From Escherichia phage 241: a stretch of DNA of 64,000 nt. Below, one piece after another: positions 28,720 through 38,752 of the stretch. Location: the sequence record OR924452; one strand, given 5' to 3'. The translations under genes were made by a program, and so were the position numbers. How positions within the stretch are numbered: position 1 is the stretch's first letter; every line of letters begins with the position of its first letter. The notes under the pieces were generated by a model, which was not told the DNA's origin, ran no database searches, and saw only the letters and a list, made by a program, of their open reading frames with translations.

Positions 28720-30225
28720 ATGTCAGAAATTCAAATAATCAAAGTTAACGAAGTGCGCATGCGAATCTTGGCGGAGGACTATATCCGCGAAGAACTCAAT
28801 GATTACTTCAAATTTGAAGATCCTAATTTCCAACCGAATCCCTTCAGTAAATGGGATGGCGTGGTACGCTTGTTCACAAAGAGTTCTGGTCTTATAGACA
28901 TCGGTCTGTTGTTTGAGGTGTTTAAGTTCTGTAAGATGAATGGTTACACCATCAAATTAGATCCCGCCTTAAAATATATCCAAGATATACCAGACGAAGA
29001 GATACATACATTTATCAATTCCCTGAACGCTGTTTACCGTGATGAAAACAAGCAATACCAAATCGCAACAGTGCGGGACTATCAATTCGACTCAGTGGCC
29101 ACAGCAATACGCCAATCCAGATGCGTGCTAGAAGCGGCTACGAGCGCGGGTAAATCGTTTATTTTGTACATCATGGCGCGTTACTACAGGCAACGCAGAG
29201 AGGCACTGGAAAGCAATCTCAAGACGTTGATCGTTGTACCTTCCATTCACTTGGTGACTCAGTTGTATGACAACTTTGAGGAATACAGCCATGGCACAAA
29301 TTGGAATACCATGATGAATGTCCAGATGATATGTGAAGGCGCAACAAAGGACATATTCAAGCCCATAGTCATTTCTACATGGCAGGGTATTCAGAATCAG
29401 CCCAAAGAATGGTTCCATCAATTTGGGGATATTGTTGTCGACGAAGTACACACATCTAAATCTGAAAAGCTATCTTATATCCTGAACAACTGCATTAATG
29501 CTGACCAAAGATTGGGAGTAACCGGAACCCTCGCGAATACAAAGGTTGCAGGGTTGCAGGTCGTTGCCCATTTTGGAGCATACCATAAAATTATTACAGC
29601 ACGTGATTTAATAAATCTTGGTTATGCCACAGATATCCATGTCAACATGATTGAAGTCATACATCCCATGGCGGATTGTATAGAAATGCATGGTGCTGAG
29701 TATCAAAAGGAAATAGAATTCCTCATAGCGAATGAACGTCGAAACGAGTTAATAGCCAGAATGGCATTGTCTTTGAAAGGTAACGTGGCCGTTATGTTCG
29801 AACGCATTGACGCCCATATGATGATTGTTTATGAAATGCTTTCAGCCGTTAAGAAAAACGTATTTGTCATTAACGGCGAAGTTAAGACAGAAGTTCGTAA
29901 ACAAATTCAGGCAGCGATGGAAGAGGGTGAAGATATAACACTGCTGGCATCTTATGGGACCATGCAACAGGGAGTGTCGATCAAAAAACTTCATCATTTG
30001 ATATTGGCACACCCGAGTAAATCCTATATCCGTGTCATACAGACTTTAGGGCGTCTCATGCGCCAGCACTCTTCAAAGGATGTCGCCAAGATCTGGGATT
30101 TAGTAGACAACTTGCGTTACAATGGATTCTCGTACAACCATGCTCTCAGACATTCGCATGAGAGATATAAATTTTATCTTATGGAGCGACACCCTGTACA
30201 AATGAAGAAAGTGTCGCTCCAGTAA
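28720..30225 (+). CDS. uvsW: ATP-dependent DNA helicase UvsW
   Basis: EAATSAGKSF Walker A, IVVDEVH Walker B; VISTWQGIQNQPKEWFHQFG matches T4 UvsW VVGTWQTVVKQPKEWFSQFG; 501 aa from ATG 28720. Confidence 0.9.
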   Translation: MSEIQIIKVNEVRMRILAEDYIREELNDYFKFEDPNFQPNPFSKWDGVVRLFTKSSGLIDIGLLFEVFKFCKMNGYTIKLDPALKYIQDIPDEEIHTFINSLNAVYRDENKQYQIATVRDYQFDSVATAIRQSRCVLEAATSAGKSFILYIMARYYRQRREALESNLKTLIVVPSIHLVTQLYDNFEEYSHGTNWNTMMNVQMICEGATKDIFKPIVISTWQGIQNQPKEWFHQFGDIVVDEVHTSKSEKLSYILNNCINADQRLGVTGTLANTKVAGLQVVAHFGAYHKIITARDLINLGYATDIHVNMIEVIHPMADCIEMHGAEYQKEIEFLIANERRNELIARMALSLKGNVAVMFERIDAHMMIVYEMLSAVKKNVFVINGEVKTEVRKQIQAAMEEGEDITLLASYGTMQQGVSIKKLHHLILAHPSKSYIRVIQTLGRLMRQHSSKDVAKIWDLVDNLRYNGFSYNHALRHSHERYKFYLMERHPVQMKKVSLQ

Positions 30226-30226
30226 T

Positions 30227-30571
30227 TCATTTGTCTTGGTTCACATAGGCGGGGGTCGCCTCGCCTTCTTTGTCAGAACCGAATAAACAACCCATCGTGC
30301 TGATGCATTGTTGTAGAACTTCTGGATCCAGAATCTGACACAACAGTTGTTCATTACATTCCAGCAATGGGACAACTTTCACTTCCCGCGCCTGTCCTTG
30401 TTGAATAATGCCGACATATAGACCTTTGGTGTCTGGCAGTAACGGGATCACCATCATTGGTGTCACAACAAACTTAGAAGTGCAATAGAGGCTGTGTAGG
30501 TAAACACCTTTCAATGCCGGACATGCTTCTTGTTCTTCCCCCACTGCATATAAACCCACGAATTGTTTCAT
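30227..30571 (-). CDS. hypothetical protein (114 aa, Cys-containing)
   Basis: Minus-strand ORF divergent from gene 45. Confidence 0.45.
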   Translation of the reverse strand: MKQFVGLYAVGEEQEACPALKGVYLHSLYCTSKFVVTPMMVIPLLPDTKGLYVGIIQQGQAREVKVVPLLECNEQLLCQILDPEVLQQCISTMGCLFGSDKEGEATPAYVNQDK

Positions 30572-30906
30572 ATATTACTCTCTTGTTAGTAAACATGACT
30601 ACATAATAATTTCATGCTGTGTTTAGACCAAATAAATTATTTTGCTAGTTGAATAAAAATCGCTTTCTTGTTGAACAAACCGTGCGTAATATACGAGTTG
30701 TGAGCTTTGCGAGCAACGAGTATTATCACGAGCGAAGCGAGTAGACTAATAAAGAAAGGTTTATTAAAACAGAATACTATAAATGCCGTCAGGCATTTAT
30801 TTATCGCGCGTAGGGCATTTTAACACTTGTTCTATAACTGCAAACACGCGATACTAATTTGCGTCAAACATGACTTGAACCCCACTATATTTTGAGGATA
30901 TAAACA

Positions 30907-31575
30907 ATGCAAGAGATCACTCTCTCTGAACGTACTTTACAACTGCTGGCCAACTTTGAAACCATTTGCCCTTCTATCGTTCTGGCACCTGGTAAAAAGC
31001 TGCGCACTGTTAACGACTCCAGCACCGTCATCGCTATCGCTGACATCGACGAAGACTTCCCGTTTGAATTCCCTATTTTGGATCTGACCAAACTTCTGGC
31101 CATTCAGCGTCTGCCTAGTTTCAAAGGCGGTAAAATCGAAATGTCGGAAGATCATATTTTACTGAAAGGTGAAAACTCGCAGCTGCAATTCTGGCGCTCA
31201 GCAAAAGAATTGACTGTCGTTCCTGCCGACAGCATTGATCTCCCGTCCGTTGAATTCGAAGCGACGGTCACTCCTGAAAAAATGAAAGAGCTGACCCGCG
31301 CCTGTTCTACTCTGGGACACAAAACTGTTCGTCTGGTTGCCAGCGGCGGTAAAACCCGTCTGGTCGGTACGACTACGACTATCGATAATTCCAACGATTA
31401 CACCGTTGAATTGGGTGAAACTGCTCTGGCTGATTTCGCTATGCCTGTCGACGTTGTTAACCTGAAAATGATCGAAGGCAACTATGTGATCCGCGCCTGT
31501 GCTGAAATGCAGCTTGTTAACTTCCAGTCGGCTGACGGCACCATCAACTACTACGTTGGCATGCAGCTGGATTAA
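30907..31575 (+). CDS. sliding clamp, T4 gp45-like
   Basis: 222 aa; N-terminal LQLLANFETICPSIVL resembles T4 gp45 TALLKNFATINSGIML; followed by clamp-loader genes. Confidence 0.85.
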   Translation: MQEITLSERTLQLLANFETICPSIVLAPGKKLRTVNDSSTVIAIADIDEDFPFEFPILDLTKLLAIQRLPSFKGGKIEMSEDHILLKGENSQLQFWRSAKELTVVPADSIDLPSVEFEATVTPEKMKELTRACSTLGHKTVRLVASGGKTRLVGTTTTIDNSNDYTVELGETALADFAMPVDVVNLKMIEGNYVIRACAEMQLVNFQSADGTINYYVGMQLD

Positions 31576-31603
31576 TCAATATCGCTTCGGCGCTTTATTA
31601 TCG

Positions 31604-31630
31604 GTGGCGGGGTTATTATCCCGCCCTTTG
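31604..31630 (+). terminator. hairpin terminator / attenuator between genes 45 and 44
   Basis: GGCGGGG-TTATTAT-CCCGCC hairpin followed by TTTG. Confidence 0.5.
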
Positions 31631-31655
31631 AAATGTTTTATCTAAAGAGGCTGCA

Positions 31656-32645
31656 ATGTCCAACATTACTATCGTTACAGACCAATACGCGTGGGAAAAC
31701 AAATATCGTCCTGATAATTTAGATGAGATCGTTCTCCCCTCAGACGTCCGTGCCAAGATCCATGGTTATGTTACCTCTGGCAACGGAAACATCCCCTCTA
31801 TGCTGTTCTACTCCCCTCAGCCTGGTACGGGTAAAACTACTTCTGCTCTGGCCGTGTGCAATGAAATCGGTTGTGTGAAACCTCTGATGATCAACGCATC
31901 GCTTGACAACAGCATTGATGTGATTCGCGATCGTGTTATTCAATATGCTACTGGCGTCAGCGTTTTCGGTGGTCGGAAAGTCGTCATCCTCGACGAAGTT
32001 GAGCGTCTTTCTATGGCGGCTCAGGAATCATTGAAAGGTATCGTGGAAAAGGTTTCCAAGAACTGCTCGTTTATCCTGACCACCAACGCCAAACAGCGTG
32101 TCAATGAGCCTCTGCGTTCTCGTTGCCGTGAAATTGATTTCATCTGGTCCGAAAAAGAAGCCGACGAAGTTAAACTTCAATTTATGCGTCGTTGTGCCGC
32201 TATCCTGACAGAAGAAGGCATTCCATACGAAGCTGGTGTTATTGCGTCGATTGTCAAGTCGTATTTCCCCGACAACCGTAAGATTATGGGCACCCTTCAG
32301 GATAATGCCACCACGTTTGGTAAAATCGATGAACGTGCTTTAGCTCAGGTGAAAGCGGGTGAATTCCAGGCGCTGGTCGATTTCTTAAAGGCCAATGATT
32401 GGGCTGGTATGAAGCAATGGGTGACCGACAACCAAAACTACATTACAGAGGACTTCTACTCTCGGTTTTTCCATTTCTGTGTCCCACAGAACAAAGAGAA
32501 GACTCCTTTGATTCAGAACGAATCTATCCCAGATTTGGTCTGCGTTTGTGGTCAGTCACAGATTGAACATCGTTCAGTTGGAGACGTCTGGTTACACGGC
32601 GTTTACTTCCTGACCAACGTCATGCTCAACATCAAGTGGAAGTGA
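31656..32645 (+). CDS. clamp loader large subunit, T4 gp44-like (AAA+ ATPase)
   Basis: Walker A PQPGTGKTT, Walker B VVILDEVERL; synteny 45-44-62. Confidence 0.85.
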   Translation: MSNITIVTDQYAWENKYRPDNLDEIVLPSDVRAKIHGYVTSGNGNIPSMLFYSPQPGTGKTTSALAVCNEIGCVKPLMINASLDNSIDVIRDRVIQYATGVSVFGGRKVVILDEVERLSMAAQESLKGIVEKVSKNCSFILTTNAKQRVNEPLRSRCREIDFIWSEKEADEVKLQFMRRCAAILTEEGIPYEAGVIASIVKSYFPDNRKIMGTLQDNATTFGKIDERALAQVKAGEFQALVDFLKANDWAGMKQWVTDNQNYITEDFYSRFFHFCVPQNKEKTPLIQNESIPDLVCVCGQSQIEHRSVGDVWLHGVYFLTNVMLNIKWK

Positions 32646-32649
32646 TATT

Positions 32650-33072
32650 ATGGCCGCTCCGTCACTGTTCGATTACCTGGGTGCTCTGAACAGCACCAAA
32701 GAGAATCTGTTGTTGACCGAAGACCCCGAAATCAGAAAGGCATTTGATCCTTTCATGACTCGGCGCGGCCTTGCCCAGAGTAAAGACACGTTGGTGGTTG
32801 CAGAACGAATGAACCACTTTCATGCCATTACTCCTTGGATGCAATGGAACCTTGCGTTTCATAGCATTCCGGCGAAACGCCGTTATGGCAAATGGTCTAA
32901 GAAAGGAGCCATGGACCCTGATGTAAAATTGATTTCTGAGTATTACTACATCAGTCCTGAAAAGGCTTCTGAGTATGTTCGATTCCTGCCGAAAGAAGTC
33001 CTGGCTGAAATCAAGGCGAAGGTCGAACGTTCCAACAGCAACGAAAAAGCTAAACCGCGCAAGGCTAAGTAA
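32650..33072 (+). CDS. clamp loader small subunit, T4 gp62-like
   Basis: AKRRYGKWSK resembles T4 gp62 RGKRYGKWAK; synteny. Confidence 0.7.
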   Translation: MAAPSLFDYLGALNSTKENLLLTEDPEIRKAFDPFMTRRGLAQSKDTLVVAERMNHFHAITPWMQWNLAFHSIPAKRRYGKWSKKGAMDPDVKLISEYYYISPEKASEYVRFLPKEVLAEIKAKVERSNSNEKAKPRKAK

Positions 33073-33101
33073 TTCAAATTATTGTTAAAGGGGTACGAGT
33101 C

Positions 33102-33566
33102 ATGGCGCGTAATACGCTGGACATCTTGAAACTTTCAGCTGTTAACGATGAGGCCAGCATCGTTGATTGTATGGTTGAAGTTCAATTGAACCAAGATAAA
33201 CCAGGAATTTTCCTGGGTATCAAGGAAACGCTGAGCCGCATCGGGGTGAACACTCGTCAAGAGCCGAATACCCTGTACCAAACATGTCATATTCTGCATA
33301 AATTTGGCAGATATCACATCGTGCACTTCAAGCATCTTTTCATGCTGGATGGGCATTACAACGGCTTTACGCGTGAAGATGTCCTGCGTATGAATCGGAT
33401 TATTCGGCTTTTGGAGCAGTGGAATATGGTTAAAATACTGCATCCGGAACAGATTACCGAAGTTGCTGATATGTCTCGAATCAAAGTTGTAAAACATGAC
33501 CAAGTTTCTGATTGGAAACTGGTTCCAAAATATACCATCCGCCCGAGTCGGGCGAAAAGCGAATAA
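33102..33566 (+). CDS. regA: translational repressor RegA
   Basis: QTCHILHKFGRYHIVHFKHLFMLDG and DWKLVPKYTI match T4 RegA; start may be the internal Met at 33171, which aligns with the T4 N-terminus. Confidence 0.85.
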   Translation: MARNTLDILKLSAVNDEASIVDCMVEVQLNQDKPGIFLGIKETLSRIGVNTRQEPNTLYQTCHILHKFGRYHIVHFKHLFMLDGHYNGFTREDVLRMNRIIRLLEQWNMVKILHPEQITEVADMSRIKVVKHDQVSDWKLVPKYTIRPSRAKSE

Positions 33567-33582
33567 CTGGAGTCGCTATATT

Positions 33583-34446
33583 ATGACAACTACATTTAAT
33601 AAAAACGTGAGACTGAATCTGGCTTTTGGTAATGCTGCAGGGGACGTGACCGCCCCCGACTTTAGCAAAATACGCAATCAGGCGAAACTCGTGCTGGAAG
33701 AGACCCGCGAACTTCTGGAAGCGGCTTATTACGATCATCAAGTGGTTCTAACATTAGAATTGAATCCTCGAGAAAGCGAGACGCCGACCACTACCGAAGA
33801 TCTGATGAAAGCCATCATGGACGCGCAGGGTGATATCACTACTGTTAACGACGGTGTGGCCCATATCGCGGGTTTCAATGGCGATGAGTGCTTACAGCGC
33901 GTGTTTGCTTCCAACATGAGCAAGTTTATCCGCTCTGAAGATGAAGTCGGTCCGGCTCTGGACTATTACTATTCTCGCGGTTTCCCTGATGGGCAATTGC
34001 GTGTGGAAGGCGAATTCCCTCAGGCATGTATTAAAGTTAATGAAACTGTCGTTTGGAATGGTAAAGAATATCCTAAAGGGAAATTCCTTAAAAACATGGC
34101 CGTTTTCCAAGAGCCTGATTTTTCTGACATGCTGACCAAAACTCCTTCCCGTCAGATCAACGATATCGTTGCCAGCATGGCGATTGAAGAAGGTCAGGTG
34201 TTTATCGATGATCTCAATGGCGTGGCGTTGGTATCTCCGAACACATTGGGTGTAATCCTTTCCATGGCTGTTGAAAAAACTTCTCAACCTGTAGAGATCG
34301 ACGGGCAAATCGAAAGTTATGTGCCAGCGTTCATCGTGGATGACACCAATATGCCTAAGCTGTGTGGGGTGTGGGGTTCTAATGTTCGTGTTTATGCGAG
34401 CACTCCAGTGCAGAACACGGTAACACACCTCTCCCGTATCGATTAA
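33583..34446 (+). CDS. hypothetical protein (288 aa)
   Basis: ATG 33583 follows regA stop; no family recognised. Confidence 0.5.
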   Translation: MTTTFNKNVRLNLAFGNAAGDVTAPDFSKIRNQAKLVLEETRELLEAAYYDHQVVLTLELNPRESETPTTTEDLMKAIMDAQGDITTVNDGVAHIAGFNGDECLQRVFASNMSKFIRSEDEVGPALDYYYSRGFPDGQLRVEGEFPQACIKVNETVVWNGKEYPKGKFLKNMAVFQEPDFSDMLTKTPSRQINDIVASMAIEEGQVFIDDLNGVALVSPNTLGVILSMAVEKTSQPVEIDGQIESYVPAFIVDDTNMPKLCGVWGSNVRVYASTPVQNTVTHLSRID

Positions 34447-34468
34447 TATAAACCGTTATTCATTAAAC

Positions 34469-34497
34469 AACAGAGGCTATAATGGCCTCTGTTTTTG
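34469..34497 (+). terminator. rho-independent terminator
   Basis: CAGAGGC-TATAATG-GCCTCTG hairpin followed by TTTTTG. Confidence 0.6.
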
Positions 34498-34515
34498 TAT
34501 TCTAGAGAGGATACC

Positions 34516-35739
34516 ATGAAAGATAAACCGTGTGACATTCCTTATTGCGGTGTTCGGGAAACCAAAATTAAATCTGCACACCCCACGTTAAGTCCATTCC
34601 ATAAACAACTCGCATACGAATGGATGAGTGAGCGCTATAAGATCCACGTGAGAAAGGACGTCCAACGTCTTCCTGCTCCTTGGACGGATAATCCCATACT
34701 ACGGCAGGTCAAGTTCTGTAACGTCCGGAGAGAGCACGACAGGCAGTCTCTTAACCTGATCAACAATATCGTCAAGAACGATGCTCTGGGCATGGCCGAC
34801 AAGATGTTCAACTGTGTTCTGTTCCGCATGTTCAACCTCTGGGACCCGATCAAGGCTATCGGTGACGCTCGTACTATCAAAGAGTTCGCAAACATCGATC
34901 TTGATGCAACCCGCAAAAGTCTTCAGGAATTTGAGGCCAACGGTGGTAAGATCTTCACCAATGCCTTCAACACAGGCGGTCTAAAGCAGTGTCTGGCGTT
35001 CCCCGAACTCGTTGTCAACCACAAGGAGCAGCGCTTTGGTGGTATGATGGTTAAGGTACACCGTGTTGGCCAGGGTATCGTTGATGAATTGGATTACAAG
35101 GTCGCCAAGAAGCTGGTTGAAGAAAATCCTGGGGAGTACACGATCGAGGGCTGGGAGCCGTACATGCCGATGCGTGTTATCCGTTCCCTGAAGGCATTTG
35201 TCAACAAGTATCCTGATTATTTCAATGATCTTTTACGTCTTGACTCTCCGCTGAAAGTTTACCAGCGCATGTATGACGACATTGAAGGGCTTGGGCCATT
35301 CCTGGCATATCAGATATGGGTGGACTTCACATACATCCCTGAGTATCCATTCAGTGAGAATCACTTCACCATCGCTGGCCCAGGTTGCCGTGCGGGTATT
35401 GACCTGATGTTCCTGGATAAGGACGGTATGACTCATGAAGAGTGCATCTTCTGGGTTCGAGATCACCAGTATCAATTGTTTGCCCAGTATGGTTATGTCC
35501 AAGAGCAGTTCTGGTCAGCCGAAGCGCCGGAAGATCAGTGCATGAATGTCATGCAGCTGGAGAACATGTTCTGTGAATTGAGCAAGTACACCCGCTGTGT
35601 TGAGGCTATTGAGAGAGGGGAAAAGCCACGCGGCAAGGTCGGTTACGATGGAGGCGGAGAATACAAAAAGCGGTGCGATGAAGTTGTCCTTAAACGCGGT
35701 TCCGTCAATTTGTTAGATCGTTTGAAGAAACCTGAATAA
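34516..35739 (+). CDS. hypothetical protein (407 aa), Cys-rich
   Basis: ATG 34516 with GAGAGGATA RBS; no family assignable by inspection. Confidence 0.5.
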   Translation: MKDKPCDIPYCGVRETKIKSAHPTLSPFHKQLAYEWMSERYKIHVRKDVQRLPAPWTDNPILRQVKFCNVRREHDRQSLNLINNIVKNDALGMADKMFNCVLFRMFNLWDPIKAIGDARTIKEFANIDLDATRKSLQEFEANGGKIFTNAFNTGGLKQCLAFPELVVNHKEQRFGGMMVKVHRVGQGIVDELDYKVAKKLVEENPGEYTIEGWEPYMPMRVIRSLKAFVNKYPDYFNDLLRLDSPLKVYQRMYDDIEGLGPFLAYQIWVDFTYIPEYPFSENHFTIAGPGCRAGIDLMFLDKDGMTHEECIFWVRDHQYQLFAQYGYVQEQFWSAEAPEDQCMNVMQLENMFCELSKYTRCVEAIERGEKPRGKVGYDGGGEYKKRCDEVVLKRGSVNLLDRLKKPE

Positions 35740-35851
35740 AGAATCGCTTTACTTCATTCTTCAATAACCCCCTTTCAACGTATATTGACCTCACTTTAAC
35801 GACGCGCCCATTTAGGGCGCTCAATTTGAACTGAAACAGGAAGACTACACC

Positions 35852-37873
35852 ATGGCAGAATTTAAACCTTTCGCAACGGCTGTTAATGATAACGTGCTGG
35901 CGATGTCCGCAACTGGTCTGTTCATGACCAACGTTGATAAAGATGCTCTGTGGGATTTGTATTTGGCATCCTTCCCAGCTGGTACCAACCCGATGTACCG
36001 CGAACGCACTGAACACGACTGCACCTGCTGTAAACAATTCATCCGTAATATCGGCGGCGTCGTGACTATCGATGCTGACCTGAACGTTATCTCGATTTGG
36101 GACAACATTGAGCTGGGTAACGAATACGATGTGGTCGCGGCGGCGTTATCTGCATATGTCAAACAACACGCAATCGTTGATGTGTATTTCAACGATTCTG
36201 CTAAAGTCGGCCTGTCTCATAACCACGAATCTGGTGAAGACGGCAAAATCCGCACGTATAACCATTTCCACACAGAACTGCTCGGCAGCTATGTCCTGCG
36301 TTCTGATGCTATCGCATCTAAAAAAGGTGAAATCCGACAGGCTATCGAATTATTTGAACGCGGTCTGCGTGAAATTACTCTGGAATCAGCAGAAATCGTT
36401 CTGGAATTGATTGATCAGAATTCTTTGTATCGCGGTGCTGAACATAAAGCTGCGGTGATGGGCTTCGTAGTAGCCAAGACGGCATATGAAGAAATCCCAG
36501 AATCTAACCGTTCTCTGTGGGCATGGCGCACTGGTTATCGTTCAAACAATCATGTTCCACATGGCATTCGCAACACCGTTATCGGTACTCTGTTGACGGA
36601 TATCAGTGAAGGCGTGGAACTGGAAAAGGCCGTTAAGTCGTTTGAAACCAAAGTTGCCCCAGCGAACTACAAACGCCCGACGGCTCTGGTCTCCAAGTCC
36701 ATGATCGAAAACGCTCAGAAAGAAGTGATTGCTCTCGGTCTGGAAGATTCGCTGGCGCGTCGTTATGCAGTTTATGACGACCTGACGATCAATAACGTTC
36801 TGTTTGCAGACCTGGCTGCTCAAAAAGCGATGGATCCATTCGCTCAACTGGCCGCCGAAGTGAAAACGCCGACCAAGTCTCTGGATAAAGTTGAAGAGAT
36901 TGGCATTGATGACTTCCTGAGCAATATTCTGCCGAAAGCGCATTCGATGGAAGTGCTGGTTGAAAACTCGCATACTGGCAACCTTATGTCTCTGGTCGCT
37001 CCGGCTATTGCAGGTGCTCCTAACCTTTTCAAATGGGGCAACGGTTTCTCATGGTCATACAACGGCGAAGTGGCCGACTCCATCAAAGAGCGTGTGAAAG
37101 CGGCTGGCGGTAAAGTCGACGGGTTCCTCCGTGTATCCCTGGCCTGGCACAACAACGATGACCTCGATCTGCATATGTTCTTTAACAATATGGAACATGT
37201 GTACTTCCGCGATCGTCGTTCAATGACTGGTGCTCATCTCGATATCGACATGAACGGTATGGACGGCATCGACCCGAACCGCTCTCCGGTAGAAAACATC
37301 ATCTTCACTGATGAAAGAAAGTTGCGTGACGGTGAATATCGTTTTGAGATTCACAACTACAACCAACGTGAAAAGATCGACGAAGGGTTTGAAATTGAAG
37401 TTGAATACAAAGGCGCTACGCAACGTTTCAGCCACAATGGGTTAAAAGACCAGGGGCGCATCACTGCCGTCGTTCTGACTGTTAAAGACAAACAAGTCGT
37501 TAGCATCAAGTCTGAGCTGGCGAATGTTGATAAATCCAAAGAAATTTGGGGCATTAAGACAGCGACCTTCCAGAAGGTACAGCTGGTCCTGAACTCACCA
37601 AACCATTGGGATGGTGAACAAACTGGCAACAAGCACGTCTTCTTCATCTTGGAAGGTTGTGCGAATCCTGAAGGTACTCGTGGTTTCTACAATGAATATC
37701 TGAAGCCGGAACTGGATAAACATCGTAAGGTTTTTGAAATGCTGGGTAGTAAAATGAAAGTACAACCCAACGAAAACCAACTGTCTGGTCTGGGGTTCTC
37801 GACAACGCAACGCAACCATGTGTTCGTCAAAGTGTCCGGCGCGTTTAACCGTACTGTAAAAGTCATTTTCTAA
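35852..37873 (+). CDS. hypothetical large protein (673 aa)
   Basis: Long ORF with GGAAGA RBS; conserved-looking HDCTCC motif near N-terminus; no family recognised. Confidence 0.6.
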   Translation: MAEFKPFATAVNDNVLAMSATGLFMTNVDKDALWDLYLASFPAGTNPMYRERTEHDCTCCKQFIRNIGGVVTIDADLNVISIWDNIELGNEYDVVAAALSAYVKQHAIVDVYFNDSAKVGLSHNHESGEDGKIRTYNHFHTELLGSYVLRSDAIASKKGEIRQAIELFERGLREITLESAEIVLELIDQNSLYRGAEHKAAVMGFVVAKTAYEEIPESNRSLWAWRTGYRSNNHVPHGIRNTVIGTLLTDISEGVELEKAVKSFETKVAPANYKRPTALVSKSMIENAQKEVIALGLEDSLARRYAVYDDLTINNVLFADLAAQKAMDPFAQLAAEVKTPTKSLDKVEEIGIDDFLSNILPKAHSMEVLVENSHTGNLMSLVAPAIAGAPNLFKWGNGFSWSYNGEVADSIKERVKAAGGKVDGFLRVSLAWHNNDDLDLHMFFNNMEHVYFRDRRSMTGAHLDIDMNGMDGIDPNRSPVENIIFTDERKLRDGEYRFEIHNYNQREKIDEGFEIEVEYKGATQRFSHNGLKDQGRITAVVLTVKDKQVVSIKSELANVDKSKEIWGIKTATFQKVQLVLNSPNHWDGEQTGNKHVFFILEGCANPEGTRGFYNEYLKPELDKHRKVFEMLGSKMKVQPNENQLSGLGFSTTQRNHVFVKVSGAFNRTVKVIF

Positions 37874-37910
37874 TTGATTTGACAACAACTTCGTAATAAG
37901 GAACAAAGAA

Positions 37911-38282
37911 ATGTTTGATCAAGCAACCCGTTTAAAACTGCGTTTTAACTCCAACAAAGGTCTGCTGTCTGTTGAGCAGGTTTGGGATCTGAATCTGAAC
38001 GCACTGAACGAGCTGGCGAAAGATCTGAGCCGTCAGGTGAAAGAAGCAGCCAGTGATGAAGAAGACTTCATCGGTGTGAAAAGCGCGGTCGATTCTCAGT
38101 TACAACTGCGGTTCGATATCGTGAAAGCGATCATCGGTGTTAAACTGAAAGAACGCGATGAAAGCGCGACCGCAGCAGAGCGTAAAGCGAACAACCAGGC
38201 GATCATGGAACTGATCCAGCGTAAGAAACAACAGGAACTGGAAGGTCTGTCTGTTGAAGAACTGGAAAAACTCCTGAAATAA
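37911..38282 (+). CDS. hypothetical protein (123 aa, predicted helical)
   Basis: ORF with AAGGAA RBS, followed by strong terminator. Confidence 0.5.
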   Translation: MFDQATRLKLRFNSNKGLLSVEQVWDLNLNALNELAKDLSRQVKEAASDEEDFIGVKSAVDSQLQLRFDIVKAIIGVKLKERDESATAAERKANNQAIMELIQRKKQQELEGLSVEELEKLLK

Positions 38283-38301
38283 TCTGTCGGCTCCGGCCTG
38301 A

Positions 38302-38330
38302 GAAACCCCGCACACGGCGGGGTTTCTTTT
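38302..38330 (+). terminator. rho-independent terminator
   Basis: GAAACCCCGC-ACACG-GCGGGGTTTC hairpin followed by TTTT. Confidence 0.7.
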
Positions 38331-38341
38331 GGACAAAAATC

Positions 38342-38752
38342 ATGAAATCTATTACGTGTGATTACTGCGGTCAACCTGCCCAATACGTCGGGGGTGATGT
38401 TGTATACCCCCACCGCCCCGATCTCCGCAATCTGAAGTTCTGGGTATGCTCGCCATGCGACGCTCGTGTGGGTTGCCATACCCATGGGGATGGTAGACAA
38501 CCTCTGGGAAGGATGGCGAATGCCGCTCTCCGTGCTGCTAAGCAGGAAGCTCATAGATCGTTTGACCCTATCTGGAAAAGTGGGCAGAGGAGCAGGAGTG
38601 ATGCTTACAGCTGGCTGGCTCATAATTTGGGGATCAAGAAGCGCGATTGCCATATCGGCTTGTTCGATATCGATATGTGCCGTAAAGTAGTCGCTGTGTG
38701 TAATCAACTAAAGGCACAAGATAATGTCAAAGGAAATACAAGAAGCATTTGA
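38342..38752 (+). CDS. zinc-ribbon protein (two CxxC pairs)
   Basis: CDYCG...CSPCDARVGCH cysteine pattern. Confidence 0.5.
   Translation: MKSITCDYCGQPAQYVGGDVVYPHRPDLRNLKFWVCSPCDARVGCHTHGDGRQPLGRMANAALRAAKQEAHRSFDPIWKSGQRSRSDAYSWLAHNLGIKKRDCHIGLFDIDMCRKVVAVCNQLKAQDNVKGNTRSI

Noticed and set aside
34516-35739. Possible thymine hypermodification enzyme (pyrophosphorylase-type) assignment for the 407-aa protein
   Set aside because: I cannot recall or see diagnostic motifs; the idea rests only on genomic context, so the gene is left as hypothetical
37050-37110. KVDG-like segment in the 673-aa protein as a possible ligase adenylation motif
   Set aside because: Spacing is KVDGFLR rather than KxDGxR and no other ligase motifs were seen
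38096-38707. 203-aa minus-strand ORF spanning the 37911 and 38342 genes and a terminator
   Set aside because: Crosses a strong + strand terminator and two + genes with good RBSs
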